A DNA stretch of 32,000 nt from Desulfotalea psychrophila LSv54 (GTDB taxonomy: Bacteria > Desulfobacterota > Desulfobulbia > Desulfobulbales > Desulfocapsaceae). The stretch lies in contig NC_006138.1 of NCBI RefSeq assembly GCF_000025945.1, positions 690,001-722,000 on the forward strand, in the 5' to 3' direction. A model generated the notes under the pieces. It was not told the origin of the DNA. It made no database searches and saw only the letters and a list, made by a program, of their open reading frames with translations. Position numbers and translations under genes: made by a program. Every line of letters begins with the position of its first letter. The first letter of the stretch is position 1. Below are positions 1-10,418 of this stretch, in pieces.

Positions 1-2
1 AT

Positions 3-248
3 CTTAAAAAATCAAATCGTGTCTTAGTCGATGCCATCTTTGCCATGAGCAAGACCCTTGGTATCGAGGTCATTGCCGAGGGCATCGAATCCAAAGCAGA
101 AGAGGAGTTCCTTCGCCAACAGAATTATGGACTAGCCCAGGGTTTTCGCTATAGCAGACCTGTCCCACTAGAGCCGTTTAAAATTCTCCTCGATCAACAA
201 AAGGAGAGAGGGTATGTCCGTTTTCCCAGCAGTAAAGACGCCCCCTAG
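3..248 (+). CDS. C-terminal fragment of an EAL-domain cyclic-di-GMP phosphodiesterase-like protein (5' end outside window)
   Basis: The frame is open from the window edge: LKKSNRVLVDAIFAMSKTLGIEVIAEGIESKAEEEFLRQQNYGLAQGFRYSRPVP. This matches the EAL C-terminal motifs (VIAEGIE...QGFxxSRP). Confidence 0.85.
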   Translation, partial: LKKSNRVLVDAIFAMSKTLGIEVIAEGIESKAEEEFLRQQNYGLAQGFRYSRPVPLEPFKILLDQQKERGYVRFPSSKDAP

Positions 249-481
249 CAATAACATCCATAATCTTTATCTCTCCAGTTGCGCCTGCTCATTGAATCTC
301 CTCTTATTTTTATTTACATAATAAGAGCGCAGAAAAATAAATAATCCAGTAAAGATAACATTATTCATGTATATGCAATATAGGACAGAATGATCCACAA
401 GAATATCTTGGATTATTCTGCCTATTCTGCTAATTTACCAGTACACTTTCGTACTGTAAAATTGACTAACAGGATAAAGAT

Positions 482-2707
482 ATGTTTGAGATCGTAGAAA
501 ACAGCATCATCGCCCCTAATGTTCACCGCCTTATCATCAAAGCTCCTCGAGTGGCAAAATCCCGTAAGCCGGGACAATTTGTTATCGTCCATGAAGAGGG
601 TGGCGAACGCATTCCCCTTACCATTGCCGACGAGAACATTGAAAACGGTACAATCACCTTAATTATTCAAGCCGTTGGCGAGGGCACCAAGCAAATTGTC
701 AGCAAGCAGGCCGGAGAATTTATCCGTGACATTGCCGGCCCCCTTGGTAAGGCTTCAGAAATTGAAAAAGTCGGTAAGGTGGTCTGTATTGGTGGCGGGG
801 TAGGTACCGCTGTACTCTTTCCCCTGGCCAAGGCCCTTGCCGCAGCAGGCAATGATCTGACAACCATCATCGGTGGTCGTTCAGAGTCCTTTGTCATTCT
901 CAAAGACGAGCTCGCCGTATTTTCTACTCAACTAAAGATAACCACGGAAGATGGTTCTCTCGGTGATAAGGGCTTTGTTACCGGCCCCCTCGCTGAAATA
1001 CTTGAAGACGAGACCAGACGCCCAGAGATTATCTATGCCATCGGCCCCGTTCCTATGATGGCGGCCATCTGTGAACAGACCCGTCCCTACGGCGTCAAGA
1101 CCATTGTCAGCCTCAATCCTATTATGGTAGACGGCACAGGCATGTGTGGCGGTTGTCGGGTAACCGTCGCCAACAAGGTAAAATTTGCCTGCGTCGACGG
1201 CCCTGAATTTGACGGTCATGAGGTTGACTTTAAAGAGCTTGCTGCCAGACAGCGCCAGTATGTCGGCCACGACCACGATCGCCATAAATGTCGCATGGAC
1301 GCAGTAAAGATAGAGACAATCAGCATAAAAGAACGCATGGCAATTCCCCGGGCCCATATGCCCGAGCAGGACGCCAAGATCAGGGCAACCAACTTCACTG
1401 AGGTAAATCTGGGGATCTCTGAAGAGGTGGCCATCCGTGAGGCCCAACGCTGCCTTAACTGCAAGACCCGTCCCTGTGTCTCCGGTTGTCCCGTCGGTGT
1501 CCGTATCCCTGAATACCTGCAGGAAGTTGCCAAGGGCGATTTCGCCGCAGCTGCCAAGATACTCCGTGAAGACAACGCCCTGCCCGCCACCACCGGCCGG
1601 GTCTGCCCACAGGAATCTCAATGCGAGCAGAAATGTGTTCGGGGTAAAAAGGGCGATGCCGTTGCCCTCGGTTGGCTGGAACGCTTTGTCGCTGACTGGG
1701 CTGCCCAAAACCTTAAACCCGAAGTACCCTGCATAGAGAAGACGGGGAAAAAGGTCGCCATTATCGGCAGTGGTCCCGGAGGTCTGACCGCCGCCGGAGA
1801 ACTTGCCCGTAGGGGGCACGATGTCACAGTTTTTGAGGCATTACATACCGCCGGTGGTGTACTTCGTTATGGTATTCCTGAGTTTCGTCTGCCAAAAAAT
1901 ATTGTCGATCACGAGGTGGAAAACCTTGTCGCCCTCGGGGTTAAGTTTGAATTCAACGTCATCATTGGCCAAACCCTGACTATTAAGGAGATAATGGCAG
2001 AATTTGACAGCTGTTTTATCGCCAACGGTGCCGGACTGCCTATCTTCCTCAATTTACCAGGTGAAAACCTCAACGGTGTCTACTCGTCAAACGAATACCT
2101 CACCCGGGTAAACCTGATGAACGCCTATAAGAAGGGCAGTGCAACTCCAATTGTCACTGGTCCTACCACCGTCGTCTTTGGTGGTGGCAACACAGCCATG
2201 GATTCAGCCAGAACAGCTAAACGCATGGGCAGTGAACGAGTAATCCTTGCCTATCGCCGTGGCCGTGACGAGATGCCTGCCCGTCTGGAAGAGGTCATTC
2301 ATGCGGAACAGGAGGGTATCGAGTTCATGTTCCTGGTCGCACCTCTTTCTATTGGTGGCACCGAAGATGGCTGGGTGGAAAATGTTCACCTGCAAAAAAT
2401 GGAACTTGGCGAACCAGATGCCTCGGGCAGAAGACGCCCTGTTGCCATAGAGGGAAGTGAATTTAAAGTAGAGGCTGATATTGTTATCATGTCCATCGGT
2501 ACCACCTCAAATCCACTCCTCACCTCCACATGTCCTGAGCTGGAACTCAACAAGTGGGGTAATATTGTGGTGGACGAAAAGCAGATGAGCTCCATGCAGG
2601 GTGTCTTTGCCGGGGGCGATATCGTCCGAGGCGGCGCCACTGTTATCCTCGCCATGGGCGATGGTAAAAATGCAGCTCAGTCCATTCATGATTATCTACA
2701 AAAATAG
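482..2707 (+). CDS. Fused FNR-like (NfnA/SudB) plus GltD-like (NfnB/SudA) subunits, NAD(P)H:ferredoxin / sulfide dehydrogenase family oxidoreductase
   Basis: 741 aa. The N-terminal part has ferredoxin-reductase-like motifs (PGQFV, CIGGGVG) and a GTGMCGGCRV Fe-S motif. The C-terminal part has CLNCKTRPCVSGCPVGV, VAIIGSGPGGLTAAGELARRGHDVTVFE and VFGGGNTAMDSARTA. Confidence 0.9.
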   Translation: MFEIVENSIIAPNVHRLIIKAPRVAKSRKPGQFVIVHEEGGERIPLTIADENIENGTITLIIQAVGEGTKQIVSKQAGEFIRDIAGPLGKASEIEKVGKVVCIGGGVGTAVLFPLAKALAAAGNDLTTIIGGRSESFVILKDELAVFSTQLKITTEDGSLGDKGFVTGPLAEILEDETRRPEIIYAIGPVPMMAAICEQTRPYGVKTIVSLNPIMVDGTGMCGGCRVTVANKVKFACVDGPEFDGHEVDFKELAARQRQYVGHDHDRHKCRMDAVKIETISIKERMAIPRAHMPEQDAKIRATNFTEVNLGISEEVAIREAQRCLNCKTRPCVSGCPVGVRIPEYLQEVAKGDFAAAAKILREDNALPATTGRVCPQESQCEQKCVRGKKGDAVALGWLERFVADWAAQNLKPEVPCIEKTGKKVAIIGSGPGGLTAAGELARRGHDVTVFEALHTAGGVLRYGIPEFRLPKNIVDHEVENLVALGVKFEFNVIIGQTLTIKEIMAEFDSCFIANGAGLPIFLNLPGENLNGVYSSNEYLTRVNLMNAYKKGSATPIVTGPTTVVFGGGNTAMDSARTAKRMGSERVILAYRRGRDEMPARLEEVIHAEQEGIEFMFLVAPLSIGGTEDGWVENVHLQKMELGEPDASGRRRPVAIEGSEFKVEADIVIMSIGTTSNPLLTSTCPELELNKWGNIVVDEKQMSSMQGVFAGGDIVRGGATVILAMGDGKNAAQSIHDYLQK

Positions 2708-2713
2708 ATAATC

Positions 2714-2750
2714 ATCAATTTGGAGCCATTTTTAATGGCTCCAAATTGAT
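2714..2750. terminator. Perfect 17-bp inverted repeat with 3-nt loop just after the 482-2707 ORF (no strong T-tract)
   Basis: atcaatttggagccatt-ttt-aatggctccaaattgat. Confidence 0.5.
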
Positions 2751-2763
2751 TCTGCAAAACACA

Positions 2764-2804
2764 AAAAAAGGGTCAAACTCTCATGGAGAGTTTGACCCTT
2801 TTTT
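2764..2804. terminator. Bidirectional rho-independent terminator between convergent genes
   Basis: aaaaaagggtcaaactct-catgg-agagtttgaccctttttt. A run of A precedes the hairpin and a run of T follows it. Confidence 0.9.
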
Positions 2805-2831
2805 ATTAAAACTAATTTTCCGGTAAGAAAA

Positions 2832-3545
2832 TTATAGTGCCTCTGGCTCGTGATACATAATACGATTACAGATGGGACAATCAAACATCAGATCACCACG
2901 AAGTAACATATTATAGCGTTGAGGTGGAATAGCCATATAACAACCCTGACAAACACCATCAAGCACATTCACCATGGCCAGGCCATTGCGACGTTCGCGC
3001 AATATTTCATATTTTTTCAACAGAGATGCTTCAATAGTCGAAGCCTGTTTTTTTCTTTTCTCTGAGCTGCTCTGCTTTTGTTTGTTGATCTTTTCGATGG
3101 CAAGACGAACCTTTTCAGTTTCCTCTGCAACCAACTTCTTCTCACCGCGAAGAAGATTTTTTTCGGTTTTCATTTCGGCAGCAACGGACTCAGACTCTTC
3201 CATTATGGCAATAATCTTAATCTCATTTTCTTTTGCTGCCTTCTTAGCGTCTTCAATCTCTTTAAGAAGAGCAGTTTGCTCACGACCGGTCTGAACCTGC
3301 ATCATCTTAGCCTGACGCTCGCGGACATGGCTCACCTTTTCTTCCATTTCAAGCTCAAGAGTTTTAATCTCACTCTTTTTGCCATTAACGGCTGAATCAA
3401 GACTTTTGATCAACTCTTCCTTATCAGCAAGTGCCTGAATACGTGAATCCAATGCCTCCTGAACAGATTCAATTTGGCCATCAATTTTATCAATCCCAAG
3501 ATCAATTTCTTGCAACACGACTAGTTGTTCTATATTCTCATTCAA
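2832..3545 (-). CDS. C4-type zinc-ribbon domain protein with long N-terminal coiled coil
   Basis: 237 aa. Coiled-coil N-terminus, then CQGCYMAIPPQRYNMLLRGDLMFDCPICNRIMY (two CxxC pairs), typical of this conserved family. Confidence 0.85.
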   Translation of the reverse strand: MNENIEQLVVLQEIDLGIDKIDGQIESVQEALDSRIQALADKEELIKSLDSAVNGKKSEIKTLELEMEEKVSHVRERQAKMMQVQTGREQTALLKEIEDAKKAAKENEIKIIAIMEESESVAAEMKTEKNLLRGEKKLVAEETEKVRLAIEKINKQKQSSSEKRKKQASTIEASLLKKYEILRERRNGLAMVNVLDGVCQGCYMAIPPQRYNMLLRGDLMFDCPICNRIMYHEPEAL

Positions 3546-3633
3546 GACCTACTCTCCTATGGAAAACGTTTAAACTCTATCTTTTCTTACAATTATTTTT
3601 TTATAATTCGTCCCAGGGACGAAACACACAATA

Positions 3634-4458
3634 TCAGCGAAAAAAATCGGTGGAAACTGTAACAAAGGGATTCTTCTCGGTAACTGTTTCAAACACCTCT
3701 ATATTCCAACCCGACAGCCCTGCTGCCCGTCGTAAACTATTTGCCATCAAGGATACAGCAAATTGCTCCGTTGCATAATGGCCTGCATCAACAAGGCAAA
3801 AAGAGCACTCTTCAGCCCAGCGGGCAACATCATGCTTTATCTCCGCCGTGATATAGACATCAGCTCCAGCCCTATAGGCCTTCTCGGCAAAACCGGAACC
3901 GCTTCCTCCACAGAGGGCCACCCGAGCAACTCGCTTCGGTACAGAACCTGCTACCTGGACACTGAGCACCGACAGTCTTTCCAGAAGAAGATCACAAAAA
4001 TCCTCCCAGAGAAGGGGAGTAGAAAATTCAGCAAGACAGCCAAGACCTGTACCCTCAATTCCCTCACTACTGGGGAGAAGAGGACAACATTTTTCCAAAC
4101 CAAGGGCTATGGCCAGAGCCTGGCTCACGCCTGAGGCGGCACTATCAAGATTAGTATGACTGGCAATAAGGGAAATTTTATGAAGTAGGGCTTGTTCGAT
4201 AATAATTCCAACGGGAGTGGAAGTATCAATTGCAGAGAGGGGATGAAAGATAACTGGATGATGGGTGATAACCGTATCAGCTCCAAGCTCTATGGCTTCG
4301 GCCAAAAGAGAGGTGGTCGGGTCAAGCCCCACCAATACCCGCTTAACCTGTCGCTCTTTATCACCGACAAGCAGGCCGACATTATCCCAGGACTCTGCGA
4401 GGGATTTAGGGGCATCACCCTCTATACTTTCGAGTATATCTTTTATATAAATAGACAT
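3634..4458 (-). CDS. Nif3-like dinuclear metal center protein (YbgI/DUF34 family)
   Basis: 274 aa. MSIYIKDILESIEGDAPKSLAESWDNVGLLVGD, ITHHPVIFHPL and DAGHYATEQF are characteristic Nif3-family motifs. Confidence 0.93.
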   Translation of the reverse strand: MSIYIKDILESIEGDAPKSLAESWDNVGLLVGDKERQVKRVLVGLDPTTSLLAEAIELGADTVITHHPVIFHPLSAIDTSTPVGIIIEQALLHKISLIASHTNLDSAASGVSQALAIALGLEKCCPLLPSSEGIEGTGLGCLAEFSTPLLWEDFCDLLLERLSVLSVQVAGSVPKRVARVALCGGSGSGFAEKAYRAGADVYITAEIKHDVARWAEECSFCLVDAGHYATEQFAVSLMANSLRRAAGLSGWNIEVFETVTEKNPFVTVSTDFFR

Positions 4459-4720
4459 AACTTATTGAAAACAAGATGCATATACACAGGGGATAAAAAA
4501 AAGGTACAACCCTTAGGCTGTACCTTAATCACCAAATCCACATCGAATCCTGAAGATTCAATCTTTTTTTTCGGAAGTCGAGTAGTGACTCCCTCTCGTA
4601 TATTTTCGTGCATCTCTACCAGAATAATTTCGAGATCCAAGTATATTTCAATATTTCACCTGACCCCAAAACACTCAAAGAGCATTTCAAAATCAAGACA
4701 CGTTTTCTTGCATTAAACAT

Positions 4721-4797
4721 TGGTGGGCGCAGTAGGATTCGAACCTACGACCGACCGGTTATGAGCCGGTGGCTCTGACCAACTGAGCTATGCGCCC
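4721..4797 (-). tRNA. tRNA with CAT anticodon (tRNA-Met, or possibly tRNA-Ile2), CCA encoded
   Basis: Reverse complement is GGGCGCATAGCTCAGTTGGTCAGAGCCACCGGCTCATAACCGGTCGGTCGTAGGTTCGAATCCTACTGCGCCCACCA. It folds as a full cloverleaf with anticodon loop CTCATAA. Confidence 0.95.
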
Positions 4798-5028
4798 GCT
4801 GAGCAATGCTGAGCTTCACTATAAAAACCCAATAAGCTAAATATGTCAACTAAAAAAAGCCAAGCCCCCGGGTAAATGAAATTCACCGGACAGAGTTTTT
4901 TGCCCGGGACTAGCCCCTCATTACAATGCTGTAATCTTTATTAAAGCTCGAGGTAATCTGCATCTACTATGCTAGTATAGGAAATCATTAGGCATCAATT
5001 AGATTAAAAAAATTTTCTGAGGAAGAAT

Positions 5029-6096
<1,068 letters not shown>

Positions 6097-6118
6097 GCCC
6101 TTCAACAGGTCAACCAGC

Positions 6119-7027
6119 ATGGAAAAAGAGATCACACGCAATATTCTGAAAAAAGTTCGCCAGATAGAAATTCGCACCAACAGGTTAGTAAACGATAGTC
6201 TGGCAGGAAACTACCACTCTGTATTTAAGGGCCGGGGTATGAACTTTGATGAGGTGCGGGAGTATGTCCCAGGCGATGATATTCGCAGTATCGACTGGAA
6301 TGTTACCGCCCGGACAGGCGTTGCCCATATAAAAAAATTCTCTGAAGAGCGGGAGTTGACCATTATGCTCATGATCGACATCAGCAAATCGGGAGATTTT
6401 GGTTCAGGTGAGTCAAGCAAACGAGAAATGATTGCAGAGTTGGCCTCCGTCCTCGCCTTCTCTGCCATCAAGAATAACGACAAGGTGGGGCTTATTCTCT
6501 TTACCGATGAAATTGAACTCTACATACCCGCCAAAAAGGGTCGTTCCCATATTCTCAGGGTAATTCAGGAGATACTTTTTTTTAAAGCCAAGGGCGTTCG
6601 CACCAATTTGCAAACACCTCTGAACTTTATTAACAGCGTCTGTAAAAAAAAATGTGTCGTCTTTCTCCTCTCTGACTTTTCTCTCACCTCAACCGATGAT
6701 ATTTCAACTCTTCAACCAAGCCTTAAAATAGCCAATAAGTATCATGACCTCATTGCCATCCTCATCAGTGATCCCAACGAACGTCAGCTCCCCAACCTTG
6801 GATGGATCTGCCTGGAAGATGCAGAAACAGGAGAACAGATAGAAATTGACAGTTCAAACCCCAGAGTTAGAGAGGAGTATAACAATCTTATCCTCGCCCG
6901 CCTACGATCGATACAGCAGTCCATTCGCTCCAGTGGCATTGACCTCCTTGACCTCTTAACCAATGAACCCTACCTGCCTAAACTCCTCCACTTTTTCGGA
7001 ATGAGAAGGGAGCGCCGTAGCCGATGA
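6119..7027 (+). CDS. DUF58 domain protein
   Basis: The ORF track starts at 6023, but the ATG at 6119 (MEKEITRNILKKVRQIEIRTNRLVNDSLAGNYHSVFKGRGMNFDEVREYVPGDDIRSIDWNVTARTG) fits the family start better. It lies directly after moxR. Confidence 0.9.
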   Translation: MEKEITRNILKKVRQIEIRTNRLVNDSLAGNYHSVFKGRGMNFDEVREYVPGDDIRSIDWNVTARTGVAHIKKFSEERELTIMLMIDISKSGDFGSGESSKREMIAELASVLAFSAIKNNDKVGLILFTDEIELYIPAKKGRSHILRVIQEILFFKAKGVRTNLQTPLNFINSVCKKKCVVFLLSDFSLTSTDDISTLQPSLKIANKYHDLIAILISDPNERQLPNLGWICLEDAETGEQIEIDSSNPRVREEYNNLILARLRSIQQSIRSSGIDLLDLLTNEPYLPKLLHFFGMRRERRSR

Positions 7028-7623
7028 AAGTCCTCCTCTTTACCATTGCCATAGCGATTGGATTCAATCCAATAAATATTTTTGCCGCTGTCCAGGCTCC
7101 ACTGCAACTCTCTTCGCAGGCGGCTGTTCAGGCTGATATCGAAGATATTATCGGTCCCGTGCTGCTACCGACCTCCTGGCCATGGGGCACCACTGCTATC
7201 ATAGGCATGGTCATCCTCCTCGCCACCCTTTTGTCTATCTATCTGTATAGAAGGGGACGAAAAAAGAGCGTAGAGTCCGCAGCTGAAATAGCCTTAAAGA
7301 AGATCAACCTTTTAGACGAACCGGAAACACGCAGATATCTGGAGGCAATTTCAAACATACTCAGACAGTATATTGAAACCCAAATGGGTATACGCTCCAC
7401 CAAACAGACCACCAAAGAATTTCTCAACTCCATCGAGATTCTTCAAAACCCAGAGACCACCTCGCTCCTCCATGACCAGGATCTCAAAAGATATCTGCAG
7501 ATATTTGACCAGGCAAAATTTGCCCATCAACTTCCGCAGCAAGCTGATATGCCTCTTATTAAAAACGCCATCGTTGCATTTATTAATGAAACAGCGACCA
7601 ACAGCCAGAAGGAGGCAATGTGA
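7024..7623 (+). CDS. Membrane-anchored DUF4381-like / BatD C-terminal-like protein of the Bat operon
   Basis: 199 aa. Signal peptide and single TM helix followed by a helical cytosolic domain. It overlaps the preceding stop (ATGA) and sits between DUF58 and BatA genes. Confidence 0.65.
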   Translation: MKVLLFTIAIAIGFNPINIFAAVQAPLQLSSQAAVQADIEDIIGPVLLPTSWPWGTTAIIGMVILLATLLSIYLYRRGRKKSVESAAEIALKKINLLDEPETRRYLEAISNILRQYIETQMGIRSTKQTTKEFLNSIEILQNPETTSLLHDQDLKRYLQIFDQAKFAHQLPQQADMPLIKNAIVAFINETATNSQKEAM

Positions 7624-8606
7624 TGCGTTTTGTTCATCCTGAATTTTTATGGCTCCTTCTCCTCCTGCCCCTGCTCGCTTTTTTTCGGGGCAAACAGGGT
7701 CCCGGGCCGGCCCTGATCTTTTCCAGTACCGCCCTTATCGGCCAACTCTCCTCGGTACGCAAGAACTATCGAGGCAAGATTGCCCTCTTCCTGCGCTTGC
7801 TCACCCTTGCCCTGATTATCTGTGCCCTGGCCAGACCCCAGTTGGGAAACACCACCCGGGAAATAAAGAGCAGCGGTATCGATATCCTTCTTGCCGTCGA
7901 CGTCTCCGGCTCCATGCAGGCAATGGACTTTACCCTGAACGGCAAACGAACCAATCGCCTGGAGGTTGTCAAAGATGTTATGGCCAAGTTCATCAGCCAA
8001 CGCCCCAATGACAGTATAGGCCTGGTGGCATTTGCCGGGCGCCCCTATGTGGTTTGCCCACCGACACTTGACCATAACTGGCTCACCCTTCGCCTCCACT
8101 CCCTCTCCATAGGCATGATAGAAGATGGTACAGCCATCGGCTCTGCCATCGGCACCGGCGTCAATAGACTGAGAGAGAAGAAATCTCCGTCACAAATTAT
8201 TATCCTCCTCACCGATGGAATAAACAATGCCGGTAAGGTACCTCCCCTTATTGCCGCTGAGGCCGCCAAAAGCTTTAAGGTTAAGGTCTATACCATCGGC
8301 GCAGGTACCCGGGGAGAGGCACCCATCCCTATCACCGATGCCTTCGGGCGCAGACAACTTGTCCGGGCTCGGGTGGATATTGATGATAAGACACTGAGCA
8401 AGGTTGCCCAAATAACAGGGGCACGATACTTTCGGGCAACGGACACAGAGTCTCTTGAGAAGGTCTACGCCGAAATCAACAGCATGGAAACCACCAGCAG
8501 AAGCATGAAGAAGTTTGAAAACTATCAGGAGCTGTTTCCCTTCCTGATAATGTTCAGCCTCATCCTCCTCTGCTTTGAGATATCTAACAAAAGAAGACTC
8601 CCTTAA
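7620..8606 (+). CDS. batA: BatA-like von Willebrand factor A domain membrane protein (GTG start at 7620 or ATG at 7623)
   Basis: 328 aa. N-terminal TM helices; MIDAS motif DVSGSMQAMDF; TDGINNAGKVPP. Confidence 0.9.
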   Translation: MMRFVHPEFLWLLLLLPLLAFFRGKQGPGPALIFSSTALIGQLSSVRKNYRGKIALFLRLLTLALIICALARPQLGNTTREIKSSGIDILLAVDVSGSMQAMDFTLNGKRTNRLEVVKDVMAKFISQRPNDSIGLVAFAGRPYVVCPPTLDHNWLTLRLHSLSIGMIEDGTAIGSAIGTGVNRLREKKSPSQIIILLTDGINNAGKVPPLIAAEAAKSFKVKVYTIGAGTRGEAPIPITDAFGRRQLVRARVDIDDKTLSKVAQITGARYFRATDTESLEKVYAEINSMETTSRSMKKFENYQELFPFLIMFSLILLCFEISNKRRLP

Positions 8607-10307
8607 TTGGACACAACAATGCTCAGCTTTCACCAACCAATATGGATCGCCCTGGGAATAGCCCTCTCTTTCTCCCTGATAGTCCTCTCCTACCTGCGGG
8701 AGCGCTCACAAAAAAGGCTTCTACGAACCTTTGCCAGTGCGCAAATGGAGCAACGACTGGTAAAAAATATTTCACCGAGCAGAAGACGGTTCAAATTAGG
8801 CCTGATTCTCCTGGCCCTCATTCTCCTCTGTACTGCCCTGGCAAGACCGCAGTACGGCTTTCGCTGGGTTGATGTCCAACGCAGAGGGATTGATATTCTC
8901 TTTGCCATAGATACCTCCCGCTCAATGCTGAGCCAGGATCTAAAGCCGAACCGCCTCGAACGGGCCCGCTATGCAGTCATGGACTTTGTCGCCACCCTGG
9001 GCGGAGACAGGGTGGGACTTATCCCCTTTGCCGGATCAAGCTATCTTATGTGCCCCCTGACCCTTGACTACCAGGCATTTACCGACTCCCTTAAGGCCCT
9101 TGACACCAAGATCATCCCAAGGAGGGGAACAAATATAGCGAAGGTAATAGCCCTGGCCGAAAAAACAGTGGCCGATAGCAGCAACCATAAAATTCTTATT
9201 ATCCTCACCGATGGAGAAAACCTTCAGGGAGACGTCTTAAAGGCAGCAGATCTTGCTAAAAAAAATGGTCTTACCATCTACACCATTGGTGTTGGCACCG
9301 CGGCAGGCGAACTGATTCCCGGTGGACCAGGTGGAGCCTTCATAAGAGACAGTTCGGGCAAATACGTTAAATCAAAACTGGATGAAGAGACCCTGCAGGA
9401 GATAGCAGAAAAAACGGGTGGTATCTCTGTTCTCCTTGGCAATAACAATCAGGGTTTGAAAAAAATTTATACCGACAAGCTTAGATTTATTCCCAAAAAA
9501 GAGCTCAGGGAACAGCGGGAGAAACTGCCCATTGAGCGTTTTTACTGGCCCCTCTCCATGGCCCTTATCCTCCTGGCCAGTGAATTCCTCATTGCAGAGG
9601 GAAGCAGAGGGCGCAGATCATCAAAAAAAACCCTGAAAATATTCAGCTTTTTAGCCATCATCTCTATACTGGGCCTGATAGCAGTAAAGTCCTACGCGGG
9701 TGAGGGAGAGGATGCTTATAATCGAGCAGACTATGCGGGAGCCCAAAAAATATACAAGTCCCTCCTCAAGGGAAGTCCTGATGATCCTCAGCTCCAGTAC
9801 AATATGGGAACAGCTGCCTATAAGAACGGGGAGATTGATACTGCCATTCTTCAGTTTAAAAAGTGTCTCCAAACAGAGGATGTAGAACTGCAAAAGAGGG
9901 CATACTATAATCTTGGCACCAGCTACTACCAAAAGGGAAAAAAATCCTCGGATACAGAACCATTGGAAGAGGCAATCAAAGCCTATGACTCTTGTCTGAA
10001 ACTCGACTCTGCAAATAGCGCTGCCAAAAAAAACAGGGCCATTGTTGAGGAGGAGTTAAAGAAGCGACAGAAGAAGCAGACCCAACAGAACCACAGAACC
10101 ATCAGAACCATCAGAACCTACAGAGCCAACAGAACCAACAGAACCAACAGAACCAACAGAACCAACAGAACCAACAGAACCAACAGAACCAACAGAACCA
10201 AAAAAACAGTAGCCCTAAAGGTCAAGAAAATTCCTCCGGACAGAAACAAAATTCTGGAGAGCAGGCAGAGATGGAGAGGCAGGCCAAGCCTGGAGGAGAG
10301 GCAATGA
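8607..10307 (+). CDS. batB: BatB-like vWA protein fused to BatC-like TPR region; the last ~72 codons appear to be out of frame (see findings)
   Basis: vWA part: AIDTSRSMLSQDLKPNRLERARYAVMDF and LTDGENLQGDV. TPR part: YNRADYAGAQKIYKSLLKGSPDDPQLQYNMGTAAYKNGE...YYNLGTSYYQKG. TTG start at 8607 or ATG at 8619. Confidence 0.85.
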   Translation: MDTTMLSFHQPIWIALGIALSFSLIVLSYLRERSQKRLLRTFASAQMEQRLVKNISPSRRRFKLGLILLALILLCTALARPQYGFRWVDVQRRGIDILFAIDTSRSMLSQDLKPNRLERARYAVMDFVATLGGDRVGLIPFAGSSYLMCPLTLDYQAFTDSLKALDTKIIPRRGTNIAKVIALAEKTVADSSNHKILIILTDGENLQGDVLKAADLAKKNGLTIYTIGVGTAAGELIPGGPGGAFIRDSSGKYVKSKLDEETLQEIAEKTGGISVLLGNNNQGLKKIYTDKLRFIPKKELREQREKLPIERFYWPLSMALILLASEFLIAEGSRGRRSSKKTLKIFSFLAIISILGLIAVKSYAGEGEDAYNRADYAGAQKIYKSLLKGSPDDPQLQYNMGTAAYKNGEIDTAILQFKKCLQTEDVELQKRAYYNLGTSYYQKGKKSSDTEPLEEAIKAYDSCLKLDSANSAAKKNRAIVEEELKKRQKKQTQQNHRTIRTIRTYRANRTNRTNRTNRTNRTNRTNRTNRTKKTVALKVKKIPPDRNKILESRQRWRGRPSLEERQ

Positions 10308-10414
10308 CTAAAAAAGAGGCCCAGAGACTCCTTAATGCCCTACGAGCTGAAGAGGGTAAGCTAAACTTTGTCCCAAAAAGATCGGGCAGTTACCCCGTTG
10401 AAAAAAAATGGTAA
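10092..10414 (+). other. Out-of-frame continuation of BatC: Q/N-rich linker and BatC-like C-terminal tail
   Basis: Reading codons from 10091 gives PQNHQNHQNLQSQQNQQ(NQQ)n...NQKNSSPKGQENSSGQKQNSGEQAEMERQAKPGGEAMTKKEAQRLLNALRAEEGKLNFVPKRSGSYPVEKKW*, stop TAA at 10412-10414. Confidence 0.75.
10128..10199 (+). repeat. Eight perfect tandem copies of the 9-mer aacagaacc, preceded by degenerate copies from ~10089
   Basis: Direct reading of (aacagaacc)x8, with variant units catcagaac and ctacagagc upstream. Confidence 0.95.
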
Positions 10415-10418
10415 TTCC

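Noticed and set aside
932-1819. 295-aa minus-strand ORF opposite the oxidoreductase gene
   Set aside because: It is antisense to a strongly supported coding region, with low-complexity, non-family sequence.
10092-10307. Possible genuine Asn-Arg-Thr repeat domain at the C-terminus of the BatB/C protein
   Set aside because: The alternative frame gives Q/N-rich and BatC-like sequence over the same DNA, so the NRT repeat is most likely a frameshift artefact.
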